From: Mobula hypostoma
Lineage: Eukaryota
Assembly: GCF_963921235.1 (NCBI RefSeq)
Contig: NC_086097.1
Location: forward strand, 16,616,001-16,680,000
Direction of reading: 5' to 3'
DNA: 64,000 nucleotides
How positions within the stretch are numbered: the first letter of the stretch is position 1; every line of letters begins with the position of its first letter. The translations under genes and the position numbers were made by a program. Shown in pieces: positions 39,639 to 52,869 of the stretch. The notes beneath the pieces were generated by a model. It did not search any database. It saw only the letters and a program-made list of their open reading frames with translations, and was not told the DNA's origin.

Positions 39639-41937
39639 TGATGGAGATTGCTTTCCTGTGCCACCCCTTGTTATATATGTGCTCATTGGTGGGGAGGGCT
39701 TTTCTATGAGAAACTGTGCTGTATCCACTTCTTTTTGTGGCTTTTCCGTTCAAGAGCATTGGTGTTTCCATAGCTGGCCATGGTGCAACCTGTCAGTATG
39801 CTTTTCACCATGCATCCAGCTAAGTATGCCAAATCTTTAGATGACATGCCACATCTTCGAAGAAAGTAGAGGTGTTGCCGTGCCTTCTTTGTAATGGCAC
39901 TTACGTGCTGAACCAAAGAATGCTAAGAAAGCAAAACACTTTGTATATTTTATTATGAATAAAATATAGTTTTTGTGTATTTTATTATTAATAAGATTTA
40001 TCATGGAAATAAAAAGAAACCTGCAATGGAGACTTATTTTTCATTCCAGATTAGGTTTTATCCTGGTGAATGTAAATGAAAACAATCTATAGATGAACAA
40101 GCACAGAGGAACATTCATTTATTTCAAATTTACAGCAACTGTTCTGGATCCGACAGTTCCAGCTTTTGTTTTGCCGTCTCCCCAGCCCCCATTCATATTT
40201 CCAAACCTTCAGGATCAGCTTTCATTAAAGTGATTCACTGCTGTGTCATGAAAGGCACTAGGGAGGATTCTGCACCACAGGCAAACCTTTATTGTCTCCA
40301 TCCCAATCTCCCTTGCAAATTAAAATGTGGAAACATCAGGTATAACTCTTCATCCAAAACAGCAACAAACAATATAAGACATAGGAGCAGAATTAGGCCA
40401 TTTGGCCCACCGAGTCTGTTCTATCATTCCATCACGGCTGATTTATTATTATCCATCCCAATCCCTTTCCCTGCCTTTTCCCTCTAACTTTTGATATCCT
40501 TACGCTAATGGGTTGAGCAGTATCTATGAGAAGGAAATAGTAGCTTTTACAGGCAACACAAGCAAAGTGCTGGATGAACTCAGCAGGCCAGGTGGCGTAC
40601 GTGGAAAAGAGTACAGTCGATGTTTCAGGCCAAAAACACTTCAGCAGGATCGATGACCAATGGAGCTAATGATGGGTTTCATGGCTTCTAGGTCACAAAC
40701 TCCACTTAAAACCTCCGAATTCTCTTGGAGACAGCAAAGTGCCAGATCGTTCAATCAGCATGAAAAAACACCACCGAAATGTAGATCACAGGCTCCAACA
40801 GTAGCAGAAGCATATTTGAAAGAAAGCAAAGTGAAAGAAGTCGTTTTGTGAACCGTCTGAAGGATGTCGCCCTTGGTCGCATTGTTTGCTGGTGCCATCC
40901 TCTTCCGGAAGTGTTATAAAAGCGGAAGATAAGCTGTTCTTGAGCCTGGTGGTATGTGTTTTCAAGCCTTTGTATCTTCTACCACAATGGAAGAGGGAGA
41001 AGAGAAAATGTCTGTGATGGGTGGGACCTATCCTGCTTTACGCGCTTTATACCTGTGATTGTGTGGCTAAGAACAACTCCAACGCCATATTTAAGTTTGC
41101 TGACGACACCATCGTTGGCCAAATCAGCACAAAAGAGACAGATTGAAAATCTGGTTAAAGATTCAAGATTGTTTAAAGTCTTTTCCAGTGCACAAGCATA
41201 AAGGAGATTGAAAAATTATTACTCCAGATCACAAAAAACACATTAAGGTTAGGAACACAAATATAATAATAATAAACTAGACAATAAATATAAATACATA
41301 AGATAGCTTATACACATAAATTGATTGTATATCCATAAAGTGATGCTAAGCAGAGGAAATGATAATGTAATGGTGGTGGGGGTTGTGCTGGAATAGGTTA
41401 GTGGGTGGAGGCTTTACACTTGGGGAAAGTAACTGATTTTCAGTCTGGTGGTTCTGGCGTGGATGATATGTTGCCTCCTCCCTGATGTGCCATTACAATA
41501 ACCTCTCTCTCAATGTCAGCAAAACCAAAGAGATGATTGTTCACTACAGGAGGAAGAAGCCAGAGGTCCATGAGCCAGTCCTCATTAGGGGATCGGAGCT
41601 GCAGAGGGTTAGTAACTTTAAATTTCTTGGTGTTACCATTTCAAAGGATCAGTGCTGGGAGTAGCGTGTAAGTGGCATCACAAGAAAGTCACAGCAGCAT
41701 CTTTTTTATAAGTTTGTGTAGAGTTGGTATGTCATCTAAATCTTCGATAAACTTATATGGATGCACAGTAAAGAGCATCCTGACTAGTTGCACCACAGCC
41801 CGGTATTGAAACACCCATGCCCAGGAATGGAAAAGTCTACAAATGTGTATACAGCTCTGTCCGTCATGGGCAAAGTCCTCTCCTCCTTTGTGCACGTTTA
41901 CAAGGAGCACTACCACAAGAAAGCAGCATCAATCATC

Positions 41938-43265
41938 TGCAGTTGGAAAAATCCTTGAAGTTATCATTAAAGAAGAAATAGCGAGGCATCTCAAAGAAAA
42001 TGGATACATCAGGCAGATGCAGCATGGATTCAGCAAACGTAGGTCCTGCTGTCAAATTTACTGGAGTTCTTTGAGGATGTATCAAGTGCAGTGATTAGAG
42101 GGGAACAGATAGATGTTATTTACTTGGATTTCCAGAAGGCGTTGGATAGGTGCCACATAGAAGACTTATCCATAAGGATGCATAGAGTTGGGGGTGATAT
42201 ATTAGCATGGAAAGAGGATTGGTTAACCAATAGAAAGCAGAGAGTTGGGATACATGGGTGCTTCTCTGGTTGACAATCAGTGGTGAGTGGGGTGCCACAG
42301 GGGTCCGAGCTAGGCCTGCAATTGTTCACGATATACATTAATGATCTGGAAGAGGGTACCGAGTATAGTGTATCTACGTTTGCTGATGACACTAAAGTGA
42401 GTGGAAAAGCAAATTGTGCAGAAGATACATTGAGTCTGCAGAGATATAGATAGGTTAAGTGTGGGCAAGGGTCTGGCAGATGGAGTACAATGTTGGTAAA
42501 TGCGAGAACATCCATTTTGGAAGGACAAATAGAAGATCAGTCTATTATTTAAATTGTAAAAGATTGCAGCATGTTGCTGTGTAGAGGGACTTGGGAGTGT
42601 TTGTGCATGAATCACAAAATGTTGGTTTGTAGGTGCTGCAGGCTATCAAGAAGGCAAATGGAATATTGGCCTTCATCGCTAGAGGGATTGAATAGCAGGG
42701 AGGTTATGCTGCAACTGTACAGGCTTCTGGTGAGGCTGCATCTGGAGTACTGCACGCAGTTCTGGTCTCCTTACTTGGGGAAGGATATACTGGCTTTGGT
42801 GGATGTGCAGAGTTGATTCCAGAGATGAGGGGCTTAGAATATGAGGAGAGATTGAGTCACCTAGGACTGTACTCACTGGAAATCAGAAGAATGAGAGGAG
42901 ATCTTATAGATGAAATTATGAAAGGGATAAATAAGGCAGGAAAGTTGTGTCCACTGGTAGGTGAGACAAGAACTAGAGGACATAGCCTCAAGATTCGGGG
43001 GAGTAAATTTAGGATGGAGATGAGGAGGAACTGCTTTTCCCAAAGAGTGGGGAATCTGTGGAATTCTCTGCCCAATGAAGTAGTGGAAGTTATCACAGTA
43101 AATATATTTAAGACAAGGTTGGATAGATTTTTGCATAGTAGGGGAATTAAGGGTTATGGATAAAAGGCAGGTAGGTGGAGATGGGTCAGATCAGCCATGA
43201 TCTTATTGAATAGTGGAGCAGGCAAGAAGGGCCGAATTGCTTACTCCTGCTCTTATTTCTTATGT
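41938..43265 (+). mobile_element. Degenerate CR1 inserted into a Rex1-like LINE (~41030-43660)
   Basis: RT remnants; 9-bp TSD TCAATCATC at 41929-41937 and 43266-43274. Confidence 0.85.
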
Positions 43266-45974
43266 TCAATCATCAAGGAAGCCCATCATCTAGGTCGTGT
43301 TTTCTTCTCGGTACTACCATCGGGCAGCAGGTCCCACACCACCAGGCTCAGGAACAGTTATTACCCTACAGCCATCAGATTCCTGAATCAGCATAGATAA
43401 CTTCACTCACGTCAGCGCTTAACTGACTTCACATCTACAGCCTCACTTTCAAGGACTCTGCAATTCATGCTCTTAGTATTATTTATTTACTTTTTGTTAT
43501 TTACACAACTCATTTTCTTTTCCACAATGGTTATTTGTTGGTCTTTGTTATGTATAGTTTTCCATAAGTTCTATTGTATTTCTTGAAAATGCCTGCAAGA
43601 AAATGAATCTCAAGGTAGAATGTGGTGACATATACTTTCTTTGATAATAAATTTGCCTTGAATTGAAATTTGAACCTTGATTTTTGATGATGTTGCCTGC
43701 TTTACTGAAGCAGTAAGAAGTATAGACAGAGTTCATAGAAGAGAGGCTGGTTTTTGTTATGTGCTGAGCTGTGTCCACAAATGTTTTTTCACTTTTCTGT
43801 CGTCTCAGGTACAGCATTTGCCATACCAAGATGTGATACATTGGGATAGATGCATTAATTAAATATTGGTGAGGGTCAAAGGGGATATATCAAATTTATT
43901 TAGCCTGACAAAGGAAGTAGCTGGGGTAATCTGGACACACTGCGACCACTGTGATCCAGCTGTGTCTGTTTTCCTGACCTCCAAACTCCCATAGGCAGAC
44001 TTCTATTAAGATTTACAAATCAACATGATGAGTAGCAACCATCTCCCTCACAAATTCTAAATTCATTTCCACAACTTTGACAATTCCAGAGTAAAAGCCA
44101 TTCACCACTCTTTCCCAATCAAGATACCTTTGGGTGATAATGCTCAAAAATTAAAATAAATGAAAACAAATTGTATATCCTTTGAACCTGAAATATAAAT
44201 GAAAATAATCAGCTGACCAGGCAACATTTACAGAGAGTAAAAGTGTTGACCTTTTTCCAGCAATCTTCGTGTGCTGTTCCAGGTTTCCAATATCTCTCTT
44301 GTCTCACCATTTAAGATTGATGACCTTTCTTCAAAACTGGGATGTTCAGAGACCTTTAAATAAGACCATAAGATATAGGAGCAGAATTAGGCCATTTGGC
44401 CCATCAAGTCTGCTCAATCATTTTATCATGGCTGATCCATTTTCCCGCTCAACTCCATTCTCCTGCCTGCCTTGCTGAGAAGAAGTGAGGGTTGCTGAGA
44501 ATGGTCAGGGTTGGGGTAAATAAATGGAATACAGATTATAGGGTGGACTCTAAATAAACTACACGATCAGGTGGACAGTAACTGAGGGAAAATGAAGAAA
44601 TCTTGTTACTGTCAGCTAATCTGTCTGGAGGAGCTGCAAATGAAGTGAGTGGGTTGTAGAGGAAGGGGAGACAGGAAAGAACCAATTGGACTGTGAGGTA
44701 CAAAATAGTGCTGGAAAACTGAAATCAGGGGGAATGTTTGGAAAGATCAACATTTCAGACAGTATCTGCGGAGAGTGAATGATACTGGGTTACAGATGAA
44801 CTGGCCAGGGACTGCAAAGCAAAAACCTGCAGATATGCAATCAGTAAATGTTAGAAACACACACTAGGTCAGGCTGTGTCTGTGGAGAGAGAACATAATT
44901 AGCTTTTAAGCTGAATGACTCTTCACAACATTATATTTAAAGTGGAGGTTGACTGGTTCTTTATTGGTAGAGGTGTTAATGGTTATGGAGAGAAGACAGG
45001 AGAATGGGGTTTAGATGGAAAATAAAACAGCCAATGACAGAGCAGGCTCAAAGGTCTGAATGGCCTAATTCTGCTCCAACATTTTGAAATCTTATCATAA
45101 ATGTTAAGGTGAGGAAACAAGTGGGTTTTAAATTACAGCGAATTGGGAGAGGCAGGAAGAATGAAGGGAATGTCTGTGAGTAGGTGGAGACCAAGGTTAA
45201 CCAGGTAGCACAAAGCTCTCACGCTATCTAGTTAACAGACAAACAAAGGCAGTAAGATGGAGTGAAAAACATATTGCTACTGTGAGGTGCGGTTTCAGTA
45301 CATGGTATATGTTGGAAATCAGAAACTGAATAAATGTCGTAAATATTCCAAAGATTAGGGACTACCGTGGAAATTTGCACTTTGTGGCTAATTCCTGGAG
45401 AAATGTATATTTAATATTGATTAGATTGCTTAAGATCTGAAAACTATACAATTAGTTGTTGATCACAATATGAATTTTAAAGTTCTAGATTTGTGGAAGA
45501 CTATTAACTGCTATTCCATAAATTTCAAGTCCTAGAATTTGGAAGTTAACATCCAGTATATTTGAATTTTTACACTGATCACACTATTATTCTTTCCTTT
45601 TTTATGTTTTTAATTATCTACATGTATCACATAACATTGATAGAACTTGCAGAAGGCCTATTCTATCAACAAGGAATCAAGGAAATGAATCGCTCCGCAA
45701 TTTTCTTTTAACTTCTCATGAAGTAAGTAGCAGAATTAAAAAGAAGTTAGTACATGGAGATTTGAATACAAACTGACATTCTCGCAATGGAATCTCATCA
45801 ATCGTTGCCGTATGCTTTCATTCCAGTCATTTGTAAGCTGTCAACGTACATTTTCTGCCCATAATATCAAGAAGGAATGCTCAGAGCAGACAACTCAAAA
45901 TACAAAGGTTTGTAAATTGATGTTTTAGAAATAATAACTTCTCAATCAAGATCTCACAAGTAGTCTGTTATTTG

Positions 45975-46320
45975 TACTTTATACTTTATACTTCATTGTC
46001 ACCAAACAATTGATACGAGAACGTACAATCATCACAGCAATATTTGTTTCTGCACTTCCCACTCCCTGGATTACAAATATTAAATATTAAAAATAGTAAA
46101 AATTAGTAAGTATTAAAAACTTAAATTATAAATCATAAATAGAAAATAGAAAAATGGAAAGTAAGGTAGTGCAAAAAAACCGAGAGGCAGGTCCAGATAT
46201 TTGGAGGGTACGGACCAGATCCAGGTCAGGATCCGTTCAGCAGTCTTATTGCAGTTGGAAAGAAGCTGTTCCCAAATCTGGCCGTACGAGTCTTTAAGCT
46301 CCTGAGCCTTCTCCCAGAGG
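45975..46320 (-). mobile_element. 3' end of a young LINE family with (AAAGTAT)n tail
   Basis: Begins TACTTTATACTTTATACTT; highly similar to 49048-49302. Confidence 0.65.
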
Positions 46321-46364
46321 TATGGCAGTTATTCTCTCTTTTCTGCACTACTTATTTAAATTTC

Positions 46365-46895
46365 TATGGTAGATCCTGGTTAATTGAGACACATTGGGAC
46401 CAGTACATTTTGGTGCATCCCTAATTGCTGAAGTTTCATGGAGATAGTTTAAAAGGTATAAAAAAAGACAAACTACCGTTTAACTGAGTAATAAATTATG
46501 TATTTAAATGAAATACAAAGCAAATTAGAACACTATAAATACCACTACAGTACTATAGAACTGTGTATTAGTTCCTAATAGTTATCAACGGAAGAATTAA
46601 TCTAGTGTAAATAAACAAAATTAGCACAGACACTTGGTGTAGATAATGGACTGTGTTCATTCAGTGCTTTTGGCAGTTGCATCCTCCATATCTTCATTTT
46701 CATTATAACATTGTCAACCTGATGATTGTCAATACTTTCAATTTCGTCAAGAGTTCCTAACTTATCGAAGTAGCGAAATTGTAACATATTCACTCACTCC
46801 TGGCTGCTTCTGGCATCTCCAGGCCTGTATGCTTGAATCTGCAGTGAGCAAAATAGTTCGTAATTGTCTTATTGCTTATTTTTCACCAACTATCA
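46365..46895. mobile_element. Probable Tigger/pogo-derived non-autonomous element
   Basis: End 'GTAGATCCTGGTTAATTG.GACAC..TGGGACC' and an acidic minus-strand remnant; family call from recall only. Confidence 0.45.
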
Positions 46896-47094
46896 CAGCC
46901 GATTCCTCCGGTAACCCAAATGGATACACCTCCCATGCTCCTCTTCCACCATGCTGATGTACACTGCTGTGCATTCACAGGAAATCCTATAAAAGCCAGC
47001 TGTCCTGTGTCCAAGGTCATATTTGAGCACATAAACTGAGATTTGAGGTTCCTTAAGCACCAAGGAGCATAGGAGGTGTATCCCTTTATGTTAC

Positions 47095-47500
47095 CCGGAG
47101 AAATCGGCCGTAATGAAACATTGCATTCTCAATGGCCATAGGATTGACACAAAACTACTGTACCATGCCATTGGCTTTTGGGACCGCTTAGTGAAGGAAG
47201 CCATTGAAATAAAACTAAAGGAAAAGAACTCGAACAAAGATGAATGTCTCACACTTAGTAAGAACTGGAATTCAATTGCAAATAAGGTGAGACAGCGGAA
47301 ACCTGGTTGTTTGAGGACTAACCAGTCAGGAGGGAGAGATGGCAGGGGTATAAATATCACTGGACTAGACATGTCTTGGCATCATCCCTGATGAAGATGG
47401 CAGAGTTTGTCATTGAAACGTTCGTTAAAATCTGTACCTGTACCTGACTGGAAGCATGAGAAGAGTTTATTTATCATAAGCACCAGGAAAGCACTAGATC
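47095..47500 (+). mobile_element. Penelope-like (Poseidon-type) 3' end: GIY-YIG C-terminus plus pLTR
   Basis: 'EKSAVMKHC..NGH...RLVKEAIEIK...NKDE..TLS..W', then TATAAA and a hammerhead motif. Confidence 0.8.
47384..47425 (+). ncRNA. Minimal type-I hammerhead ribozyme motif in PLE pLTR
   Basis: CTGATGA (47388-47394), stem II GATGGCAG/TTGTCATT, GAAACGTT; stem I weak. Confidence 0.6.
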
Positions 47501-48184
47501 CTTTTTTATTAACAATATTCTCACCTTCTTTACAATGGAAATGAATATGTTTATTTAAGGGTCTCCAACATTAAAGAGTTTATCTTCCAGCTCTCACATG
47601 TTCATAATACTTCAACAATGGTGTTATAGGACACCACTTCCATGTTCCTAGGATGTTGTGCAACTAACATTCCACCATGACAACTATTTCACATTCTGAC
47701 CATAGAATCATTGAAGAATCTTGTGGGGCTCATTGAATAGAGACACTAAAAGCTTCTGAAACCCACAAGCCAGCTGTGGGAAAATAGTTCAGTCCTAGAA
47801 GGACTCCACAAGGAAAAACCAAATTAGTTATTTCAGGTAAAACAAGCATGGTTGCATAATGCCATGCAATGCCACCTCTCACAACAGGACAGCAAACATC
47901 ATCAAGGAGGTCATTTACTAACTAGCATGTTATGAACAGATGTGTAAATCAACCTATGTTCAATGCTAATTTGGAATGTCTACCAATTAAAGTGAAAACT
48001 AAAGTCAATCCCCAGGTGTATCACATAGATTTTCACTTTCAGTGGGATACAGATGCCTCAGGATGTTGGAGATTTTCCCTCCACTGCAAACACACCAATG
48101 TGACACATCTGCCATTCCAGCTTGCATTACAAGCCAACAAACATTTTTCTTCTGCAGTTGAACGGGGCACAACTGCACAAGCAC

Positions 48185-51100
48185 GTGTAAGTCAGACCGT
48201 GAGGCAGCGGGAGTGTTTAAAAGAGAGCAGATTAACGGAATGGGTGACGTAGCAGTGGGAGACAGAGTAGGAAGGCTTTGGCGAGCAGAGGCTGAGGAAG
48301 AGCTTCACTCCAAGTGAGGTAAGGCCAGGTAAGTTCCTTTAATAAATGTAATTACCTTAAGAGTAGGTAACAGAGGCAGCAGTTAGGGCAGTTGAGTGCT
48401 CCGTTTGCAGGATGTGGGAAGTCAGGGCGAGCACAATCGTCCCTGATGACTACACCTGTGAAAGGTGCATCCAGCTGCAGCTCCTGACAAACCGAGTTAG
48501 GGAACTGGAACTGGAGCTGGAGCTGGATGAAGTTCAGATCATTCGGGAGGCAGAGGCAGAGGCAGAAATAGATAGGAGTTACGGGGAGATAGTCACCCCT
48601 AAGAGTCAGGAGACAGGTAGCTGGGTGACTGTCAGGAGAAGGAAAGGGAATAGACAGAATGAGCAGAGCACCCCTGTGGCCGTTCCCACCAATAATAAGT
48701 ACATCATTTTGGATACCGTTGGTGAGGACGACCTACGAGGGACAAGTTGCAGTGGTTGCGTCTCTGGCACTGAGATGGGACCCTCAACTCAGAAGGGAAG
48801 GAGGGAAAAGAGGAGAGCAGTAGTGATGGGGGATTCGATAGTTAGGGGGACAGATAAGTGGTTCTGTGGAAGAGATCGAGAATCACGGATGGTCTGTTGC
48901 CTCCCTGGTGCCAAGGTCTGCGCTATCTCGGATCGAGTTCTCGGTATTCTCAAGAGGGAGGGTGAGCAGCCGGATGTTGTAGTCCATGTAGGGACCAATG
49001 ACGTGGATAGGAAGAGTGAGGAGGTCCTGAAAGGTGAGTTTAGGGAGTTATACTTTATACTTTATTGTCGCCAAACAATTGGTACTAGAACGTACAATCC
49101 TCACAGCGATATTTGATTCTGTGCTTCCCACTCCCTGGATTACAAATATTAAATATTAAAAACAGTTACAATTAGTAAATATTAAAAATTTAAATTATAA
49201 ATCATAGATAGAAAATAGAAAAATGGAAAGTAAGGTAGTGCAAAAAAAAACCGAGAGGCAGGTCCAGATATTTGGAGGGTACGGCCCAGATCCGGGTCAG
49301 GAGTAACGTATAAATATTCCTGGATTTAATTGCTTCAGGTGTGATAGAATCGGAGGGACAAGAGGAGGAGGTGTTGCATTGCTTGTCAGAGAAAATATTA
49401 CAGAGGTGCTCTGGCAGGACAGATTAGAGGGCTCGTCTAGGGAGGACATTTGGGTGGAATTGAGGAATGGGAAAGGTGTAGTAACACTTATAGGGGTGTA
49501 TTATAGATAACCAAATGGGGAACAAGAATTGGAGGAGCAAATCTGTAACGAAATAGCAGATATTTGCAGTAAACACAAGGTTGTGATTGTGGGAAATTTT
49601 AATTTTCCACACATAGACTGGGAAGCCCATACTGTAAAAGGGCTGGATGGTTTGGAGTTTGTAAAATGTGTGCAGGATAGTTTTTTGTAGCAATACATAG
49701 TGGTACCAACTAGAGAAGGGGCAGTGTTGGATCTCCTGTTAGGGAATGAGATAGGTCAGGTGAGGGAGGTTTGTGTTGGGGAGCACTTCAGGTCCAGTGA
49801 TCACAATGCCATTAGTTTCAATGTAATTATGGAGAAGGATAGGTCGGGACCCAGGGTTAAGATTTTTGATTGGAGAAAGGCTAACGTTAAGGAGATATGA
49901 AAGGATTTAGAAGGAGTGGATTGGGACAATTCTTTTTATGGGAAGGATGTAATAGAGAAATGGAGGTTATTTAAAGGTGATATTTTGAGGGTACAGAATC
50001 TTTATGTTCCTGTTAGGTTGAAAGGAAAGGTTAAGAGTTTGAGAGAGCCATGGTTTTCAAGGGATATTGGAAACATGGTTCGGAAAAAGATAGATATCTA
50101 CAATAAATAAAGGCAGCATAGAGTAAATGAGGTGCTCGAGGAATATAAAGAATGTAAAAATAATCTTTAGAAAGAAATTAGAAAAGCTAAAAGAAGATAT
50201 GAGTTTGCTTTGGCAAGTAAGGTGAAAATAAATCCCAAGGGTTTCTACCGTTATATTAATAGCAAAAGGATAGTGAGGGATAAAATTGGTCCCTTAGAGA
50301 ATCAGAGTGGACAGCTATGTGTGGAGCTAAAAGAGATGGATATTCCGTAGGACCTTGAGGGAAGTTAGTGTGGAAATAGCAGGGGCTCTGACAGAAATAT
50401 TTCAAATGTCATTAGAAACTGGGATGGTGCCGGAGGATTGGCGTATTGCTCATGTTGTTCCATTGCTTAAAAAGGGTTCAAGAGTAAACCTAGCAATTAT
50501 CGGCCTGTGAGTTTGACGTCAGTGGTGGGTAAATTGATGGAAAGTATTCTTAGAGATGGTATATATAATTATCTGGATAGACAGGGTCTGATTAGGAACA
50601 GTCAACATGGATTTGTGCGTGGAAGGTCATGTTTGACAAATCTTATTGAATTTTTTGAAGGGTTTAATAGGAAAGTTGATGAGGGTAAAGCGGTGGATGT
50701 TGTCTATATGGACTTCAGTAAGGCCTTTGACAAGGTTCCACACGGAAGGTTAGTTAGGAAGGTTCAATCATTAGGTATTAATATCAAAGTAGTAAAATTT
50801 ATTCAGCAGTGGCTGGATGGGAGACGCCAGAGAGTAGTGGTGGATAACTGTTTGTCAGATTGGAAGCCGGTGACTAGTGGTGTGCCTCAGGGATCTGTAC
50901 TGGGTCCAACGTTGTTTGTCAGATACATAAATGATCTGGATGATGGGGTGGTAAATTGGGTGAGTAAGTACGCAGATGATACTAAGATAGGTTGAGTTGT
51001 GGATAATGAAGTAGGTTTTCAAAACTTGCAGAGAGATTTAGGCCAGTTAGAAGAGTGGGCTGAAAGATGGCAGATGGAGTTTAATGATGATAAATGTGAA

Positions 51101-51897
51101 GTGCTACATTTTGGTAGGACTAATCAAAATAGGACATACAGGGTAAATAGTAGGGCATTGAGGAATGCAGTAGAACAGAGGGATCTAGGAATAATGGTGC
51201 ATAGTTCCCTGAAGGTGGAATCTCATGTGGATAGGATGGTGAAGAAAGCTTTTGGTATGCTGGCCTTTATAAATCAGAGCATTGAGTATAGGAGTTGGGA
51301 TGTAATGGTGAAATTGTACAAGGCATTGGTGAGGCCAAATTTGGAGTATTGTGTGCAGTTTTGGTCACCGAATTATAGGAAAGATGTCAATAAAATAGAA
51401 AGAGTACAGAGAGGATTTACTGGAATGTTACCTGGATTTCAACACCTGAGTTACAGAGAATGGTTGAACAAGTTGGGTCTTTATTCTTTGGAACGTAGAA
51501 GGTTGAGGGGGGACTTGATAGAGCTATTTAAAATTATGAGGGGGATAGATAGAGTTGACGTGGATAGGCTTTTTCCATTGAGAGTGGGGGAGATTCAAAC
51601 AAGAGGACATGAGTTGAGAGTTAACGGGCTGAAGTTTAGGGGTAACATGAGGGGGAACTTCTTTACTCAGAGAGTGGTAGCTGTGTGGAACGAGCTTCCA
51701 GCAGAAGTGGTTGAGGCAGGTTCGATGTTGTCATTTAAAGTTAAATTGGATAGCTATATGGACAGGAAAGGAATGGAGGGTTATGGGCTGAGTGCAGGTC
51801 GGTGGGACTAGGTGAGAGTAAGAGTTCGGCACGGACTAGAAGGGCCAAGATGGCCTGTTTCCGTGCTGTAATTGTTATATGTTTATATGGTTATATA
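48185..51897 (+). mobile_element. Near full-length CR1: 5' UTR, ORF1 (zinc finger, coiled coil, SGNH esterase) and disrupted ORF2
   Basis: ORF1 'CSVCRMWE...DDYTCERC', 'VMGDSIVRG', 'VHVGTND'; ORF2 fragments with 'KYADDTK'; (TTATATG)n-type tail. Confidence 0.92.
49048..49302 (-). mobile_element. Second copy of the (AAAGTAT)n-tailed LINE 3' end, at the CR1 ORF1/ORF2 junction
   Basis: Matches 45975-46230; CR1 jumps from mid-esterase to mid-endonuclease across it. Confidence 0.75.
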
Positions 51898-52869
51898 AAC
51901 TCCCACAACTATTTTGATGGCACTTCCTTCCAGAATGCTTTCCACAAGAATTCAATTTCACTCTCCTATCTTCCCTAACTCAATTGTATCTATTTTAATG
52001 ATAGTCTGCTCACAAGTCTTTTTTTCCCTTAATTAAGACAAATCCACTGCGAGGAAGTACTTTGAGAAGTTGGTCTTGGCCAAAATCAAGTCCTGGCAAA
52101 GCATAGTTCAAAGTTTAAGCAACATACACAAAATGCTGGAGGAACTCAGAAGGCCAGGCAGTCTCTATGGGAAAGAGTACAGTCGACGTTTTGGGCCAAG
52201 TCCCTTCATCAGGACAAAGTTTAAAGTAAATTTATATTAAAAAAAATTATCAACCAAGTGCATACATGTCACCATATGCAACCCTAAGAATCATTTTCTC
52301 GAGGGGCATTCACAATAAATACGGGAAACATAATAGAATCAATGAAAGACCACACCCAAAAGGACAATACAACCAATTTGCAAACAATAACAAAATATGC
52401 AAATACAAAATGAAAGAAAACAATTATAATAAATAAATAAACAATAAACATTGAGAACATGAAACAAAGAGCCTTTGAAAGTGAGTCCATAGGTTGTGGG
52501 AACAGTTCAGTGAAGGGGGTGAGTGGAGTTATCCCTCCTGGTTAAAGAGCCTGATGGTTGAGGGGTAACGACTGTTCCTGTCCCGGACCCACTGCGGTTT
52601 GCCTATTGCCAGAATAGGTCCATAGCAGATGCAATCTCACTGGCTTTCCACTCAGCCTTGGACCATATAGACAATAGTAATACTGATGTAAATCTTCTGT
52701 TTATTGATTACATCTTAGCATTCAACAACATCATACCTTCAATAATAATTAACATGCTCCAAAACCTGGGCCTCTGTGCCTCCATTTGCAACTGGATCCT
52801 TGACTTCCTCACTGGGAGAACACTGTCAGTGTGGATCGGAAATGGCACCTCCTCCTCACTGACAATCTT

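Noticed and set aside
48412..49116. Host GDSL/SGNH esterase gene
   Set aside because: It is CR1 ORF1, directly followed by ORF2 remnants and a CR1 tail.
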